Assembly: GCA_002269645.1 (NCBI GenBank) | Contig: NIVC01000269.1 | Span: 186,001 to 250,000, forward strand | DNA from: Macrostomum lignano | Lineage: Eukaryota | DNA length: 64,000 bases | Reading direction: 5' to 3' | Part shown: piece after piece, positions 48,966 to 63,500 of the stretch | How the letters are laid out: the number at the start of each line of letters is the position of its first letter | Numbering within the stretch: position 1 is the first letter of the stretch | The notes under the pieces: generated by a model | The model's input: the letters and a program-made list of their open reading frames with translations, nothing else | The model's database searches: none | What the model was told of the DNA's origin: nothing | Program-made: the position numbers and the translations under genes

Positions 48966-49470
48966 AGAGCAGAAATAGTTAAGGCCTCGACGTGACAGGC
49001 GTGCTGGCAGCATCAAATCCATAATTGATAATCGACATGCAGAGGTCTCACATCGTCCTTCCCAATGCACAGCAGCATCAGCAGCAGCAGCTGTAACAAT
49101 CGCCTTGCCCGCCAATCTCCGCACTCAGTGACTGACCAACCCAAAATTATTTTATTTTCTAATAGCTAAACCCACAGATACTATATACTATATACTATAT
49201 ATATACTATATAGTATCTGTGGCTAAACCATGCTGACAATCTAATCTGCTAAAAGTATGTACCTCCTTGTCGTCTGGCTGTCTGCCTCTCTGTCTACATG
49301 CGCTGGCATCCGTGCGTGTGTCAGACTGCTAGAGGTTGTTGAATGACCTACTTATAGGTAGGTATGCACAGGTATATTAGATTTGCACTAACTGGTTAAC
49401 CTAATTATCTGAATATGTTTGACACGTGTTAATTTCAATGCCAATTAAAATATCTGGGGCCACTTTCAAA

Positions 49471-49928
<458 letters not shown>

Positions 49929-49931
49929 TCT

Positions 49932-52900
49932 ACTGTCTGTGTGTTTACGTGGACTTTTTGGAAGTTCAGTAGCCTCGTTAGCTGGACCACCCGGTGTAGG
50001 TAGACCACTTAGGTGGACCACCAAATAATTTTGTCTCTGGTGGGGTTAAGACGTTGATGAGGATCTCACATTAATGTCAGGCGGGTCAAGAAAGGCTTAA
50101 GCAATTTTGGGATGTCTAGCATGGTTTTTTCCAAAGTTATTTGCATTTCAGTTTAGCTGGACCTCCAGCCTGGTCTACCTAAACCGAGCGAGTCTGGTCC
50201 ACGTAAACCGAAAAATTTTAGAAAATTTTTCGAAAATCGTCTGTTTGTGTCTGTTTGTGTCTGTTTGTGTATAGCAGTTATTAAGCATAGATTCAATGCA
50301 AAACTGAATTTTTTACAGATCATTACCTTACGAACAAAGGGGTATGTTGGCATCATATTATGACCGCTACTGGCTATAAAACAATATGCGTTCAGTTCTT
50401 TGACATTCAAGTAGGTACGCAGGTTAATTAAAAATTCTGAAACCTCGTATGCGAAATGAATTTGATACAGTAAACTTTAAACTCCATTTAATTAGCTCAG
50501 TTCCAGCAATTCCGGTATCGTACTCTGAGCACAGACTCACAGAGTAAGACACCAACGTAAAGAAATCCAATTCGCTAACCAGATCAAACGATAAAGACTC
50601 CGAGACAAGAAAGATATTTAAGTGAAGCCTAAATAGTATTCTTCAATGACTTCTCAAGAACTCCCAGTGGTCCTTGATAGCCACACTGTGTAAATGCGAA
50701 TTTCTGAGGCTCTACCATTACACAAGAAGAAAATAGCAACTTCATGAATTAAGTGCTTGCCAATTCTATCCTAAACACTATGGGATATCCTGTTCTATCC
50801 TCCTCCAATGTTGGAAGAAGAAGATCCTAAGCTGCAGCCTTTCAAGTGCAAAGTTGAAGATGCAATTTACCTAATTGAAAAGACAATTCATACATGTACA
50901 TGCAAAAGATTTGATCAAGAGGACGCAATTAAGAAGGGCCTTTTAGCTAGCGATCGGGTCTCTGACTCTCTAGCAAAAGGTCGACTTGATTGCGGTCCCA
51001 GTAAAACTAAGAACGCATTAACAGTCAGCCTAACACTCACTGTCTGTTTGGTCCACGTAAACACATGTGCAGGATTATAGGGTTGGAACAGACAGACAGA
51101 CAGACCTCCCTTTCTATAATTGGCTGGTTAACACTTAGGAGGATAGATCCACCCCAACAATGGGACCGACCGCAGCCAATAGGAAACCCGCAAGCGTTCT
51201 GAAGGTAAGACAGTGGAGAGAGGGATATATAATGTCTAAGCGGGTGGTCCACGTAAACCATGGCGTAGTGAGACCAGACACAGACAGTTTAAAAGAAAGT
51301 ACTTATAATCCATACTATACAACTCTAAAGGATTGCAATTGTATAAATTAGAACGGTTTTTTTATACTTAATAGGTCTAATGTTAATCCTTACTCCAAGT
51401 TTCATACATATATAAATTTATTGTGCCAAAAACTGTAATCTACAACCAAGATATGATGACCCACAAAAAAGGACGCCAAGCCTAAGATAAAAACTAAAAA
51501 AACACCGTCGCAAAAAGCCACTGCGAAATCGAAGAAGCCGCATCGCCTGGTGAAAATCATCAGTCTGCTCGCAGATCCGTCGACACCGAGTCCAGAAAAG
51601 TGAGTTTCGTTTGATGATCTCAAAGTAGCTAGCTGCAAGGCCTGCAACTCAATTGCTGTAGAGAAGCTGGTCCACCTAACCTACAGACACAACTGAATCA
51701 GCTCTCTCAGTCTGTTTGAGGCTTTGGCTCTCAGAAGGTGGTCCACCAAACCTACAGACACAACTCGAACAGATTTCTCTGTCTGTTTGAGGCTCTGGCT
51801 CTCAGAGCCGCCGAGAAAGTTTAGTGCCGAGAATGCTTCAGTTTGTTAGAATGCAATCAGAACAGATTCCTAGAAAGTGAGCTAGTCCAGCATCTTGATG
51901 TGTAACGAGAGGCTCTTGGAGATTCCTGGCTCAGATTATCGCCTAGAAGTGCTGTAGAATAGCTGGTCCACCTAACCTACAGACACAACTCGAACAGATT
52001 TCTCTGTCTGTTTGAGGCTCTGGCCCTTAGAGCCACCGAGAAAGTTTAGTGCCGAGAATGCTTCAGTTTGTTAGAATGCAATCAGAACAGATTCCTAGAA
52101 AGTGAGCTAGTCCAGCATCAAGGCAGAACATCTGGATGTGTAACGAGAGGCTCTCGGAGATTCCGGGCTCAGATTATCGCCTAGAAGTGCTGTGGAGTAG
52201 CTGGTCCACCTAACCTACAGACACAACTCGAACAGATTTCTCTGTCTGTTTAGGGCTCTGGCTCTTAGGTGGTCCACATAACCTACAGACACAACTGAAG
52301 CAGCTCTCTCAGTCTGTTTGAGGCTTTGGCTCTCAGTAGCTGGTCCACCTAACCTACAGACACAACTCGAACAGATTTCTCTGTCTGTTTGAGGCTCTGG
52401 CTCTCAGAGCCGCCGAGAAAGTTTAGTGCCGAGAATGCTTCAGTTTGTTAGAATGCAATCAGAACAGATTCCTAGAAAGTGAGCTAGTCCAGCATCAAGG
52501 CAGAACATCTTGATGTGTAACGAGAGGCTCTTGGAGATTTCTGGCTCAGATTATCGCCTAGAAGTGCTGTAGAATAGCTGGTCCACCTAACCTACAGACA
52601 CAACTCGAACAGATTTCTCTGTCTGTTTGAGGCTCTGGCCCTTAGAGCCACCGAGAAAGTTTAGTGCCGAGAATGCTTCAGTTTGTTAGAATGCAATCAG
52701 AACAGATTCCTAGAAATTGAGCTAGTCCAGCATCAAGGCAGAACATCTGGATGTGTAAGGAGAGGCTCTCGGAGATTCCTGGCTCAGATTATCGCCTAGA
52801 AGTGCTGTAGAATAGCTGGTCCACCTAACCTACAGACACAACTCGAACAGATTTCTCTGTCTGTTTGAGGCTCTGGCTCTTAGGTGGTCCACATAACCTA

Positions 52901-55162
52901 CAGACACAACTGAAGTAGCTCTCTCAGTCTGTTTGAGGCTTTGTCTCTCAGAAGGTGGTCCACCTAACCTACAGACACAACTCGAACAGATTTCTCTGTC
53001 TGTTTAGGCTCCGGCTCTGAGAGCCGCCGAGAAAGTTTAGTGCCGAGAATGCTTCAGTTTGTTAGAATGCAATCAGAACAGATTCCTAGAAAGTGAGCTA
53101 GTCCAGCATCAAGGCAGAACATCTGGATGTGTAACGAGAGGCTCTCGGAGATTCCTGGCTCAGATTATCGCCTAGAAGTGCTGTAGAATAGCTGGTCCAC
53201 CTAACCTACAGACACAACTCGAACAGATTTCTGTCTGTTTAGGGCTCTGGCTCTCAGAGCCGCCGAGAAAGTTTAGTGCCGAGAATGCTTCAGTTGTTAG
53301 AATGCAATCAGAACAGATTCCTAGAAAGTGAGCTAGTCCAGCATCAAGGCAGAACATCTGGATGTGTAAAGAGAGGCTCTCGGAGATTCCTGGCTCAGAT
53401 TATCGCCTAGAAGTGCTGTGGAGTAGCTGGTCCACCTAACCTACAGACACAACTCGAACAGATTTCTCTGTCTGTTTGAGGCTCTGGCTCTCAGAGCCGC
53501 CGAGAAAGTTTAGTGCCGAGAATGCTTCAGTTTGTTAGAATGCAATCAGAACAGATTCCTAGAAAGTGAGCTAGTCCAGCATCAAGGCAGAACATCTGGA
53601 TGTGTAAGGAGAGGCTCTTGGAGATTCCTGGCTCAGATTATCGCCTAGAAGTGCTGTAGAATAGCTGGTCCACCTAACCTACAGACACAACTCGAACAGA
53701 TTTCTCTGTCTGTTTGAGGCTCTGGCTCTTAGAGCCGCCGAGAAAGTTTAGTGCCGAGAATGCTTCAGTTTGTTAGAATGCAATCAGAACAGATTCCTAG
53801 AAAGTGAGCTAGTCCAGCATCAAGGCAGAACATCTGGATGTGTAAGGAGAGGCTCTCGGAGATTCCTGGCTCAGATTATCGCCTAGAAGTGCTGTAGAAT
53901 AGCTGGTCCACCTAACCTACAGACACAACTCGAACAGATTTCTCTGTCTGTTTGAGGCTCTGGCTCTTAGGTGGTCCACATAACCTACAGACACAACTGA
54001 AGCAGCTCTCTCAGTCTGTTTGAGGCTTTTGCTCTCGGAAGGTGGTCCACCTAACCTACAGACACAACTGGAACAGATTTCTGTGTCTGTTTGATTGTCA
54101 GTTAATTTTATTTTCTACCTTTGTAGGAGCCTGTGGTTGATTTTGTTCGCCTGAGCTCGACGAGACTGACTGCGTTTCACCGAGATGAAGGTTAAAACGA
54201 ACTGTAAAAGAAGATTCAAACCACTAATTGACGAGAAATATAGAAAGGTTCATCATAGAGCTGAGCTGACGAAAGCGGATTTGATGGCCGAGTAGGCTGA
54301 AATTCGTGAGAGAGGCAATGACAGATCAATAACAGAAGCGGTCCCGGACCACGGAGGCAGGGAAGGTCCAGGAGAATATTTCGTAGAAAAAATAAGAAGA
54401 TTAAGCCATCATCTGCGTGAACGAAAAGATGAAAGTCGGTAAAATGATTGGCTTATCATATGATTGCTCACCAACTCATTCAGTATAATAGGACTGGTGT
54501 AGTCAAATCAATTTAATTTCAGTTTCAGTAACTTTTGTCGTTATTAAAAATGCCCTTCAACTTCTTGTAGGCTCGTACTCGGATGACCTTTTTTAACTAA
54601 TGGAATCTTACGTTTGTTAACATGTATTTGAAGCATACATTTTGACCTAAATTAGTTTTAATGAGTTTACAGTTAGTATTTGATATGATTCGGTATTTAT
54701 TTTCAAAATGCTTTATTTTCATTCACCTTCTTGTATTCACGCGACGCAACTAACTAATGCGATCGTACATTTGTTTAACCCGATTAGCCCGATTAGTAAT
54801 GCTAAATAAATTGGTTTGAACTTGGGATATTTTCATTAAATGACGTCGTAACCCTTTTATCTGTTCTTTTTGAGAATTTCTGTTTTAATTAGTTCAAAAG
54901 AACAGTTTAAAGCAATAAATTTTCTACAACGAAAGAGGTCTAACTAAACCAACTGTTTTTTTGCGGTCCACCTAACCCGGTCCCCAAAACGTAGTTAGTG
55001 AACCACCACAGTTTCCCCGAACTGGCTATTCCGTCAAGTTAACAAAAAGATAACCCTAGCTAGCCTTTCGCGTTGTCAAAACAGACTCTATTTTTTAACC
55101 GGAATTGCGTGGTCCACGTAACGCATTAACATAACTCAGGTCCCGCTAAACACACAGACAGT
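49932..55162. mobile_element. ~5.2-kb putative non-autonomous TIR element inserted in (TCTG)n
   Basis: Perfect 16-bp inverted termini ACTGTCTGTGTGTTTA (49932-49947) / TAAACACACAGACAGT (55147-55162). TCTG repeats flank both sides. The GGTCCAC(C/G/A)TAA motif recurs throughout. Confidence 0.65.
51665..54090 (+). repeat. Higher-order tandem array of ~238-bp and ~70-bp units
   Basis: Unit starts at about 51665, 51737, 51961, 52199, 52268, 52338, 52576, 52814, 52883, 52954, 53190, 53425, 53663, 53901, 53970, 54040. Confidence 0.95.
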
Positions 55163-55170
55163 CGTAAGAG

Positions 55171-55220
<50 letters not shown>

Positions 55221-55784
55221 TCTGTCTGTCTGTTTTAGAGTTTTGTTCTTCTGTCTGTCATGGCGTTCGTCTGTTTGTTACGCTCTGCCATCCTCTGATT
55301 AATCCTGCAGCTAAATTTTACACAAAATGGATCCGTGACCCTGAACTGAAACGTGACCTCCGTAATCCAATTTCGTCAGTGAGCTGTTTCAGCATAAACA
55401 TTGGCGTACGCAGAAACTGGGAGCTTCTGCGTAGCTTAAAAATGAACCAAGCTTGAAGGTTTGCAACACACAGCGAGAGCTGCTGCTTCACAGCGAGAGC
55501 TGCTTGTCCCCTAAAGCAACTGATGTTTTATTCATTGATCAAGCGAGTTTTGAGTCCATCAATACCTGCTCAGAGCAACTTGGGCTCTCATCGCTCGTAC
55601 AAGCTACGGAAAATGATTTAGGAATATTTTTAGAAAGTTGGACAACGAGGTGCACAGAGTGCGCATCGACACCCAGCAGCTGGTCGCCTCCTTCCCGACT
55701 CAGCGTTCCGGCTATCAACAGCTGGGCAGTGATGACACATGACTTGGGAGACACTGCTGAGAGAGTGCCAGGTCAAAGCCACGT

Positions 55785-56145
55785 CATAGCTAGGTCATAG
55801 CTAGGTCAAAGCCACGTCATAGCCAGGTCATAGCCGGGTCATAGCCAGGTCATAGCGACGTCATATCCAGGACATAGCCGGGTCATAGTTAGGTCATAGC
55901 CGGGTCATAGCCAGATCAAAGCCGAAGTCATAGCCAGGTCATAGCTAGGTCAAAGCCAAAGTCATAGCCAGGTCATAGTTAGGTCATAGCCGGGTCATAG
56001 CCAGATCAAAGCCAAAGTCATAGCCAGGTCATAGCTAGGTCAAAGCCAAAGTCATAGCCAGGTCATAGCTAGGTCATAGCCAGGTCATAGCTAGGTCATA
56101 GCCAGGTCATAGCTAGGTCATAGCCAGGTCATAGTCAGGTCAATT
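55785..56145. repeat. 10-bp-based tandem repeat (GGTCATAGCC/T)
   Basis: Directly visible. Confidence 0.9.
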
Positions 56146-56609
56146 GTAAAAACTTGTCAGTTCACGGCTGACAGGCTGACATTTTTTATTAAGTCCGCAA
56201 GTCTTCTACTTTTAGTTCCTTAAGTCGATTAGGAAATTTATTTTTTAAGATGATAGTGCATATTTTATATAATGCTTTTGATCAATATTATCACTAATAT
56301 CCTACTAACAGCGGTATATAAATATTTGATTTCCTTTTTGTTTAGCATAGAATCGTAGTTAAAATGGTAATTTCTATTATATTCATAAAACAATTCGCAT
56401 GCTAATGGTAAGCGCAATAATAACAATAATTTCTTTAAGTACATTGTAAAGGCGCTGTAAGATATGGATTAATGATGAAATCATGACTAATATTTTCTGT
56501 TTCATACTAGCTAAAATAAGTTAATATTACTAATTAGCTGATAGTATAAATTATAATCTTGGTCTATCCCTCAGAAACTACATGTAACTGTTGTACCCCC
56601 CCCCCCTCA

Positions 56610-57530
56610 GGCAGAAACTGTTATATCCCCCAGACACTAACTGTTATATCCCCCAGACACTAACTGTTATATCCCTAAGACACTAACTGTTATATCCCCA
56701 GACACTAACTGAAATATCCCACAGACACTAACTGTTATATCCCCCAGACACTAACTGTTATATCCCCCAGACACTAACTGTTATATCCCCCAGACACTAA
56801 CTGTTATATCCCCCAGACACTAACTGTTATATCCCCCAGACACTAACTGTTATATCCCCCAGACACTAACTGTTATATCCCCCAGACACTAACTGTTATA
56901 TCCCCCAGACACTAACTGTTATATCCCCCAGACACTAACTGTTATATCCCCCAGACACTAACTGTTGTATCCCCCAGACACTAACTGTTATATCCCCCAG
57001 ACACTAACTGTTATATCCGTCAGACACTAACTGTTATATCCCCCAGACACTAACTGTTATATCCGTCAGACACTAACTGTTATATCCCCCAGACACTAAC
57101 TGTTATATCCCCCAGAGACTAACTGTTATATCCCCCAGAGACTAACTGTTATATCCCCCAGAGACTAACTGTTATATCCCACAGAGACTAACTGTTATAT
57201 CCCACAGACACTAACTGTTATATCCGTCAGACACTAACTGTTATATCCCCCAGACACTAACTGTTATATCCCCCAGACACAAACTGTTATATCCCCCAGA
57301 CACAAACTGTTATATCCCACAGACCCTAACTGTTATATCCCCAGACACTAACTCTTATACCCCTAAGACACTAACTGTTATATCCGTCAGACTCTAACTG
57401 TTATATCCCCCAGACACTAATTGTTATATCCCCCAGAGACTAACTGTTATATCCGTCAGACACTAACTGTTATATCCGTCAGACACTAACTGTTATATCC
57501 GTCAGACACTAACTGTTATATCCTTCAGAC
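56610..57530. repeat. ~22-bp minisatellite (GACACTAACTGTTATATCCCCCA)
   Basis: About 40 units. Confidence 0.95.
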
Positions 57531-60500
57531 GCTCTGGTCCTGGCACAGCTCAGCATGAGGTGCCAGCTCCGCAGCAGGAGCCGGAAGCAGACTCAGTCTA
57601 ATTCTGTGTCTACTCTTGACTGCCAAGGCCAGCTGGTGCAAAGTCATGTTGGCCACGGGTTCGCCTTCGAGTTCCAGCAGCTGGTCGCCTGGCTGGATGC
57701 CCTGCGGATTTTGTGAGGAGTCGAACAGACGGATTAGGATGAGGGAATGGGAATTATTGGGATCCGGGAATGAGGATTGTTGGGATCAGGGAATGAGGAT
57801 TATTGGGATCAGGGAATGAAGATTATTGAGATCAGGGAATGAGGATTATTGGGATCAGGGAATGAGGATTATTGAGATTAGAGAATGAGGATTATTGGGA
57901 TCAGGGAATGAAAATTATTGGAAGCAGGGAATCAGGATTATTGAGATTAGAGAATGAGGATTATTGAGAGCAGGGAATCAGGATTATTGGGATCAGGGAA
58001 TGAGGATTATTGGGATCAGGGAATGAGGATTATTGGGAGCAGGGAATGAGGATTATTGGGAGCAGGGAATAAGGATTATTGGGATCAGGGAATGAGGATT
58101 ATTGGGAGCAGGGAATGAGGATTATTGGGAGCAGGGAATGAGGATTATTGGGAGCAGGGAATGAGGATTATTGGGAGCAGGGAATGAGGATTATTGGGAT
58201 CAGGGAATGATAATTATTGGGATCAGGGAATGAGGATTATTGAGATCAGAGAATGAGGATTATTGGGATCAGGGAATGAGGATTTTTGGAGCAGGAAATG
58301 AGGATTATTGGGAGCAGGGAATGAGGATTATTGGGAGCAGGGAATGAGGATTTTTGGAGCAGGGAATGAGGATTATTGGAGCAGGGAATGAGGATTTTTG
58401 GAGCAGGGAATGAGGATTATTGGGAGCAGGGAATGAGGATTATTGAGATTAGAGAATGATGATTATTGGAATCAAAGAATGAGGATTATTGGGATCAGGG
58501 AATGAGGATTATTGAGACTAGAGAATGAGGATTATTGGAATCAAGGAATCAGGATTATTGGGATCAGGGAAAGAGGATTATTGGAATCAAGGAATGAGGA
58601 TTATTGGGATCAAGGAATGAGGATTATTGGGATCAGGGGATGAGGATTATTGGGATCAGGGAATGAGGATTATTGAGATTAGAGATTGAGGATTATTGGG
58701 GGCAGTGAATGAGTATTATTGAGATTAGAGAATGAGGATTATTGGAATCAAGGAATGAGGATTATTGAGATCAGGGAGTGAGGATTATTGGGATCAGGGA
58801 ATGAGGATTATTGGGAGCAGGGAATGAGGATTATTGGGAGCAGGGAATGAGGATTATTGGGAGCAGGGAATGAGGATTATTGGGAGCAGGGAATGAGGAT
58901 TATTGGGAGCAGGGAATGAGGATTTTTGGGATCAGGGAATGATAATTATTGGGATCAGGGAATGAGGATTATTGAGATCAGAGAATGAGGATTATTGGGA
59001 TCAGGGAATGAGGATTTTGGGAGCAGGGAATGAGGATTATTGGGATCAGGGAATGGGGAATATTAAGGTCAGGCAAGTCAATTGTAAATGAATATTGTAG
59101 CATCATCGAATGAAGTGACCAGGGATTATCTAAGGTTTATTAAAAACACTAAACTAGATAGTAATGCCGCCATCTGTATCGGCACAAACCTCATCACTAG
59201 CCGCACTGCCTGTCACCACAGAAGCCACCACAAACGGCGACCTCTGCAGCGGCTGCCGCAGCTCCCGCCCGGTGGCCAGGCGCACAGAAAATCCAAACGA
59301 ACCCGCCGAAGCATCCTTGAGCAGCGTCACTCGACGGATCCGATCTTCGCTGCTCGATGATTGCGACGCCTGCGGCTGTCTTGCCGGACGTCCGAGTCGA
59401 AAGGAGCTCGATTGCTGCTGCTGCTGCTGTTGTTGTTGAAGCAGATTCTGGGACCAGAACTGGCTCCAGGGAAAATAGCCGCCGCCAGGTATTGCGGACA
59501 TGGGAGACGCGGCCGCTACGGAGTGATGAAGCGCGTAGGAACCAGGATAAGGAGTCGACATTGGTACAAAGTAGAACCCGGAAGGTGGCGGATTTTGGCC
59601 GAATGAGTTCGCTTGGTGATGAGGCTTTGGCGGCAGCTGGCTTGAGAGTGGGAAGTCGGCTGGATGTCGAGGAATGGAAATGATTTTTTGTAAGAAACTG
59701 CAAATTAATATATGATCAATCAACAAAGTCAATCAATCAAGCAATCAAGCAATCATCAAGAAATCAATAATTCAATCAACTAATCAATTAATCAAATAAG
59801 TCAGGGTCGCTGTACACATTACTGGCATTTGAAGCACTATATTACTGACAGGTGACACACACTATATTACTGACAGGTGACACACACTATATTACTGACA
59901 GGTGACACACACTATATTACTGACAGGTGACACACAATATATTACTGACAGGTGATACACACTATATTACTGACAGGTGATACACACTATATTACTGACA
60001 GGTGACACACAATATATTACTGACAGGTGACACACAATATACTACTGACAGGTGACACACAATATACTACTGACAGGTGACACACAATATATTACTGACA
60101 GGTGACACACAATATACTACTGACAGGTGACACATACTACTTTTGATGCATCATCAAAATTCACTTTTTGTTAAACTAAGATTTCTGTTCAATTCAATCA
60201 GCCAGAGAAGAGGGCCATTTGCTTCGAGGCAAAATGTCACCCAAGGATAAATTTTCTACCCCGTGGTTCATGCTGCATGTCTAAAAACCAAAAAAAAAAT
60301 TGGAAGCGAAAATCCCCAATATCTCTTCGACTGCATGGGATCTTCCCAAGGGATGCAGGTTTGTTGTCAGTCAACCATTGAACTGCACAAGTCTTTTTTT
60401 TGCCATCGTACGACCGTATCGGCAAAGTGCACAGTTGCAGCTTGTGTGCGATGCGATGGATGACAAGGGAAAGTTGATTTAGATAGGAATAGGAATTAAT

Positions 60501-63500
60501 GATGATTAGAGAGAAGTGATCTGGTATAGCTAGTTTGCATCAACTGGTAATGAGCGCGTAGAAAAAATTGGTTGGAAAGAGAGGGATGGAGAGGAAAATA
60601 TTTCAGAGAGGGAGACAGAGAGAGAAGAGAGGGAGACAGAGAGAAGAGAGGGAGACAGAGAGAAGAGAGGGAGACAGAGAGAAGAGAGGGAGACAGAGAG
60701 AAGAGAGGAAGACAGAGAGAAGAGAGGGAGACAGAGAGAAGAGAGGAAGACAGAGAGAAGAGAGGGAGACAGAGAGAAGAGAGGGAGACAGAGAGAAGAG
60801 AGGGAGACAGAGAGAAGAGAGGGAGACAGAGAGAAGAGAGGGAGACAGAGAGAAGAGAGGAAGACAGAGAGAAGAGAGGGAGACAGAGAGAAGAGAGGAA
60901 GACAGAGAGAAGAGAGGGAGACAGAGAGAAGAGAGGGAGACAGAGAGAAGAGAGGAAGACAGAGAGAAGAGAGGGAGACAGAGAGAAGAGAGGAAGACAG
61001 AGAGAAGAGAGGGAGACAGAGAGAAGAGAGGGAGACAGAGAGAAGAGAGGAAGACAGAGAGAAGAGAGGGAAACAGAGAGAAGAGAGGGAGACAGAGAGA
61101 AGAGAGGGAGACAGAAAGAAGAGAGGGAGACAGAGAGAAGAGAGGGAGACAGAGAGAGAAGAGAGGGAGACAGAGAGAAGAGAGGGAAACAGAGAGAAGA
61201 GAGGGAAACAGAGAGAAGAGAGGGAGACAGAGAGAAGAGAGGGAAACAGAGAGAAGAGAGGGAGACAGAGAGAAGAGAGGGAGACAGAAAGAAGAGAGGG
61301 AGACAGAAAGAAGAGAGGGAGACAGAGAGAAGAGAGGGAGACAGAGAGAAGAGAGGGAGACAGAGAGAAGAGAGGGAGACAGAGAGAAGAGAGGGAGACA
61401 GAGAGAAGAGAGGAAGACAGAGAGAAGAGAGGGAGACAGAGAGAAGAGAGGAAGACAGAGAGAAGAGAGGGAGACAGAGAGAAGAGAGGAAGACAGAGAG
61501 AAGAGAGGGAGACAGAGAGAAGAGAGGGAAACAGAGAGAAGAGAGGGAGACAGAGAGAAGAGAGGGAGACAGAAAGAAGAGAGGGAGACAGAGAGAAGAG
61601 AGGGAGACAGAGAGAGAAGAGAGGGAGACAGAGAGAAGAGAGGGAAACAGAGAGAAGAGAGGGAAACAGAGAGAAGAGAGGGAGACAGAGAGAAGAGAGG
61701 GAAACAGAGAGAAGAGAGGGAGACAGAGAGAAGAGAGGGAGACAGAAAGAAGAGAGGGAGACAGAGAGAAGAGAGGGAGACAGAAAGAAGAGAGGGAGAC
61801 AGAGAAGAGAGAGGGAGACAGAGAGATGAGAGGGAGACAGAGAGAAGAGAGGGAGACAGAGAGAGAGAGGAGACAACGAACACAAACAAAACACACATCT
61901 GCAATCGCTCGAAGAATCTGCACAAAAGTACACAGACTACCGGTTTTCCCAGATACGTTTAGCTCCATCTGCTGACAAGAACTCCCTGCAGCTGAACTTT
62001 ATCTGGTCGTCTTAAATTTCTCTTTCCCAAAACTGTGCGTCCATTCGGTCTGCCTACTGACTGCAGCGGGCTGGTGAACCAAACGAGTTCGACCATAGTC
62101 AGTGCTGGACCCCACCATCCGTGATCCCGCAGCTTTCGAGATCTGCTTCTGCCTCTGTGTGTTCTACACTCCTTTCTTTATGAGGGAAATTTGTCTGTGT
62201 ACAACAGCCGCTGCGGCTTCGCTCTGTCACTTTCTCTCCCTTAGTTTCTCGTCCTTCAAATCTAGGTCATAAACCTTGGATGTGCAACGGGCACGCGCTT
62301 CTTTCTAAAAGGTGCGGATTTGCAATATTGCCTGCCAAACATGTTGTCACTTTGCAATTTTTTAGCAATTCTGCTGTCGGAGAAATGCGTTATCCGAACT
62401 TCTGTTTTGCTCAATTACAGCTGGTTCGTTAAGGTATAGATGTCTGTGAGGGTCGCCATGAGGTTTCTGTAAGCGTCGCCATGAGGTGTCTATACGCCCG
62501 TATTGGACGCTATGAGGTATCTTCTGGGGAAGCCATGAGGTGTCTTCTGGGGGGACGCCATGAGGTGTCTTCTAGGGGGGGGCCATGAGGTGTCTTCTGG
62601 GGGGACGCCATGAGGTGTCTTCTGGGGACGCCATGAGGTGTCTTCTGGGGAAGCCATGAGGTATCTTCTGGGGGGACGCCATGAGGTATCTTCTGGGGAG
62701 GCCATGAGGTGTCTTCTGAGGAAGCCATGAGGCGTCTTCTGGGGAAGCCATGAGGTGTCTTCTGGGGAAGCCATGAGGTGTCTTCTGGGGAAGCCATGAG
62801 GTGTCTTCTGGGGAAGCCATGAAGTGTCTTCTGGGGGGACGCCATGAGGTATCTTCTGGGGAGGCCATGAGGTGTCTTCTGGGGAAGCCATGAGGTGTCT
62901 TCTGGGGACGCCATGAGGTATCTTCTGGGGGGACGCCATGAGGTATCTTCTGGGGGGACGCCATGAGGTGTCTTCTGGGGAAGCTATGAGGTGTCTTCTG
63001 GGGAAGCCATGAGGTGTCTTCTGGGGAAGCCATGAGGTGTCTTCTGGGGACGCCATGAGGTGTCTTCTGGGGGACGCCATGAGGTGTCATCTGGGGGACG
63101 CCATGAAGTGTCATCTGGGGGACGCCATGAGGTGTCTTCTGGGGGACGCCATGAGGTGTATTCTGGGGGACGCTATGAGGTGTCTTCTGGGGACGCAACG
63201 AGGTGTTCACCGAAAGCTTCACGAGGTGTCTACTGAGGTTGCCATGAAGTTGACGTGTCTACTAGGAGAGCATTGAGGTGTCTACTAGATGAGCATTGAG
63301 GTGTCTACTAGAAGAGCATTGAGGTGTCTAATCATAAGCAAGATCAGTCAATCACCTGTCAGGTCGCACTGTACCTCCCTGTCAGCTTTATCAGGCAGGC
63401 CGTACAGTCGCTGACGTTCAACACTGCTGTCAAGAGACGCTGGCGGAGCGTCGAAATCCTCGGCTAGAGAGGCCGGTACGGCGCCGGCCGCCGCGCCGAC

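Noticed and set aside
51665-54090. CRISPR-like repeat-spacer appearance (also the 44-bp and 22-bp arrays)
   Set aside because: The inter-repeat segments are near-identical rather than unique spacers, there are no cas genes, and the locus is eukaryotic.
62040-62240. Possible RTE C-terminal fragment on the minus strand (PQRLLYT...EADLESCGI)
   Set aside because: Similarity is marginal and interrupted by stops.
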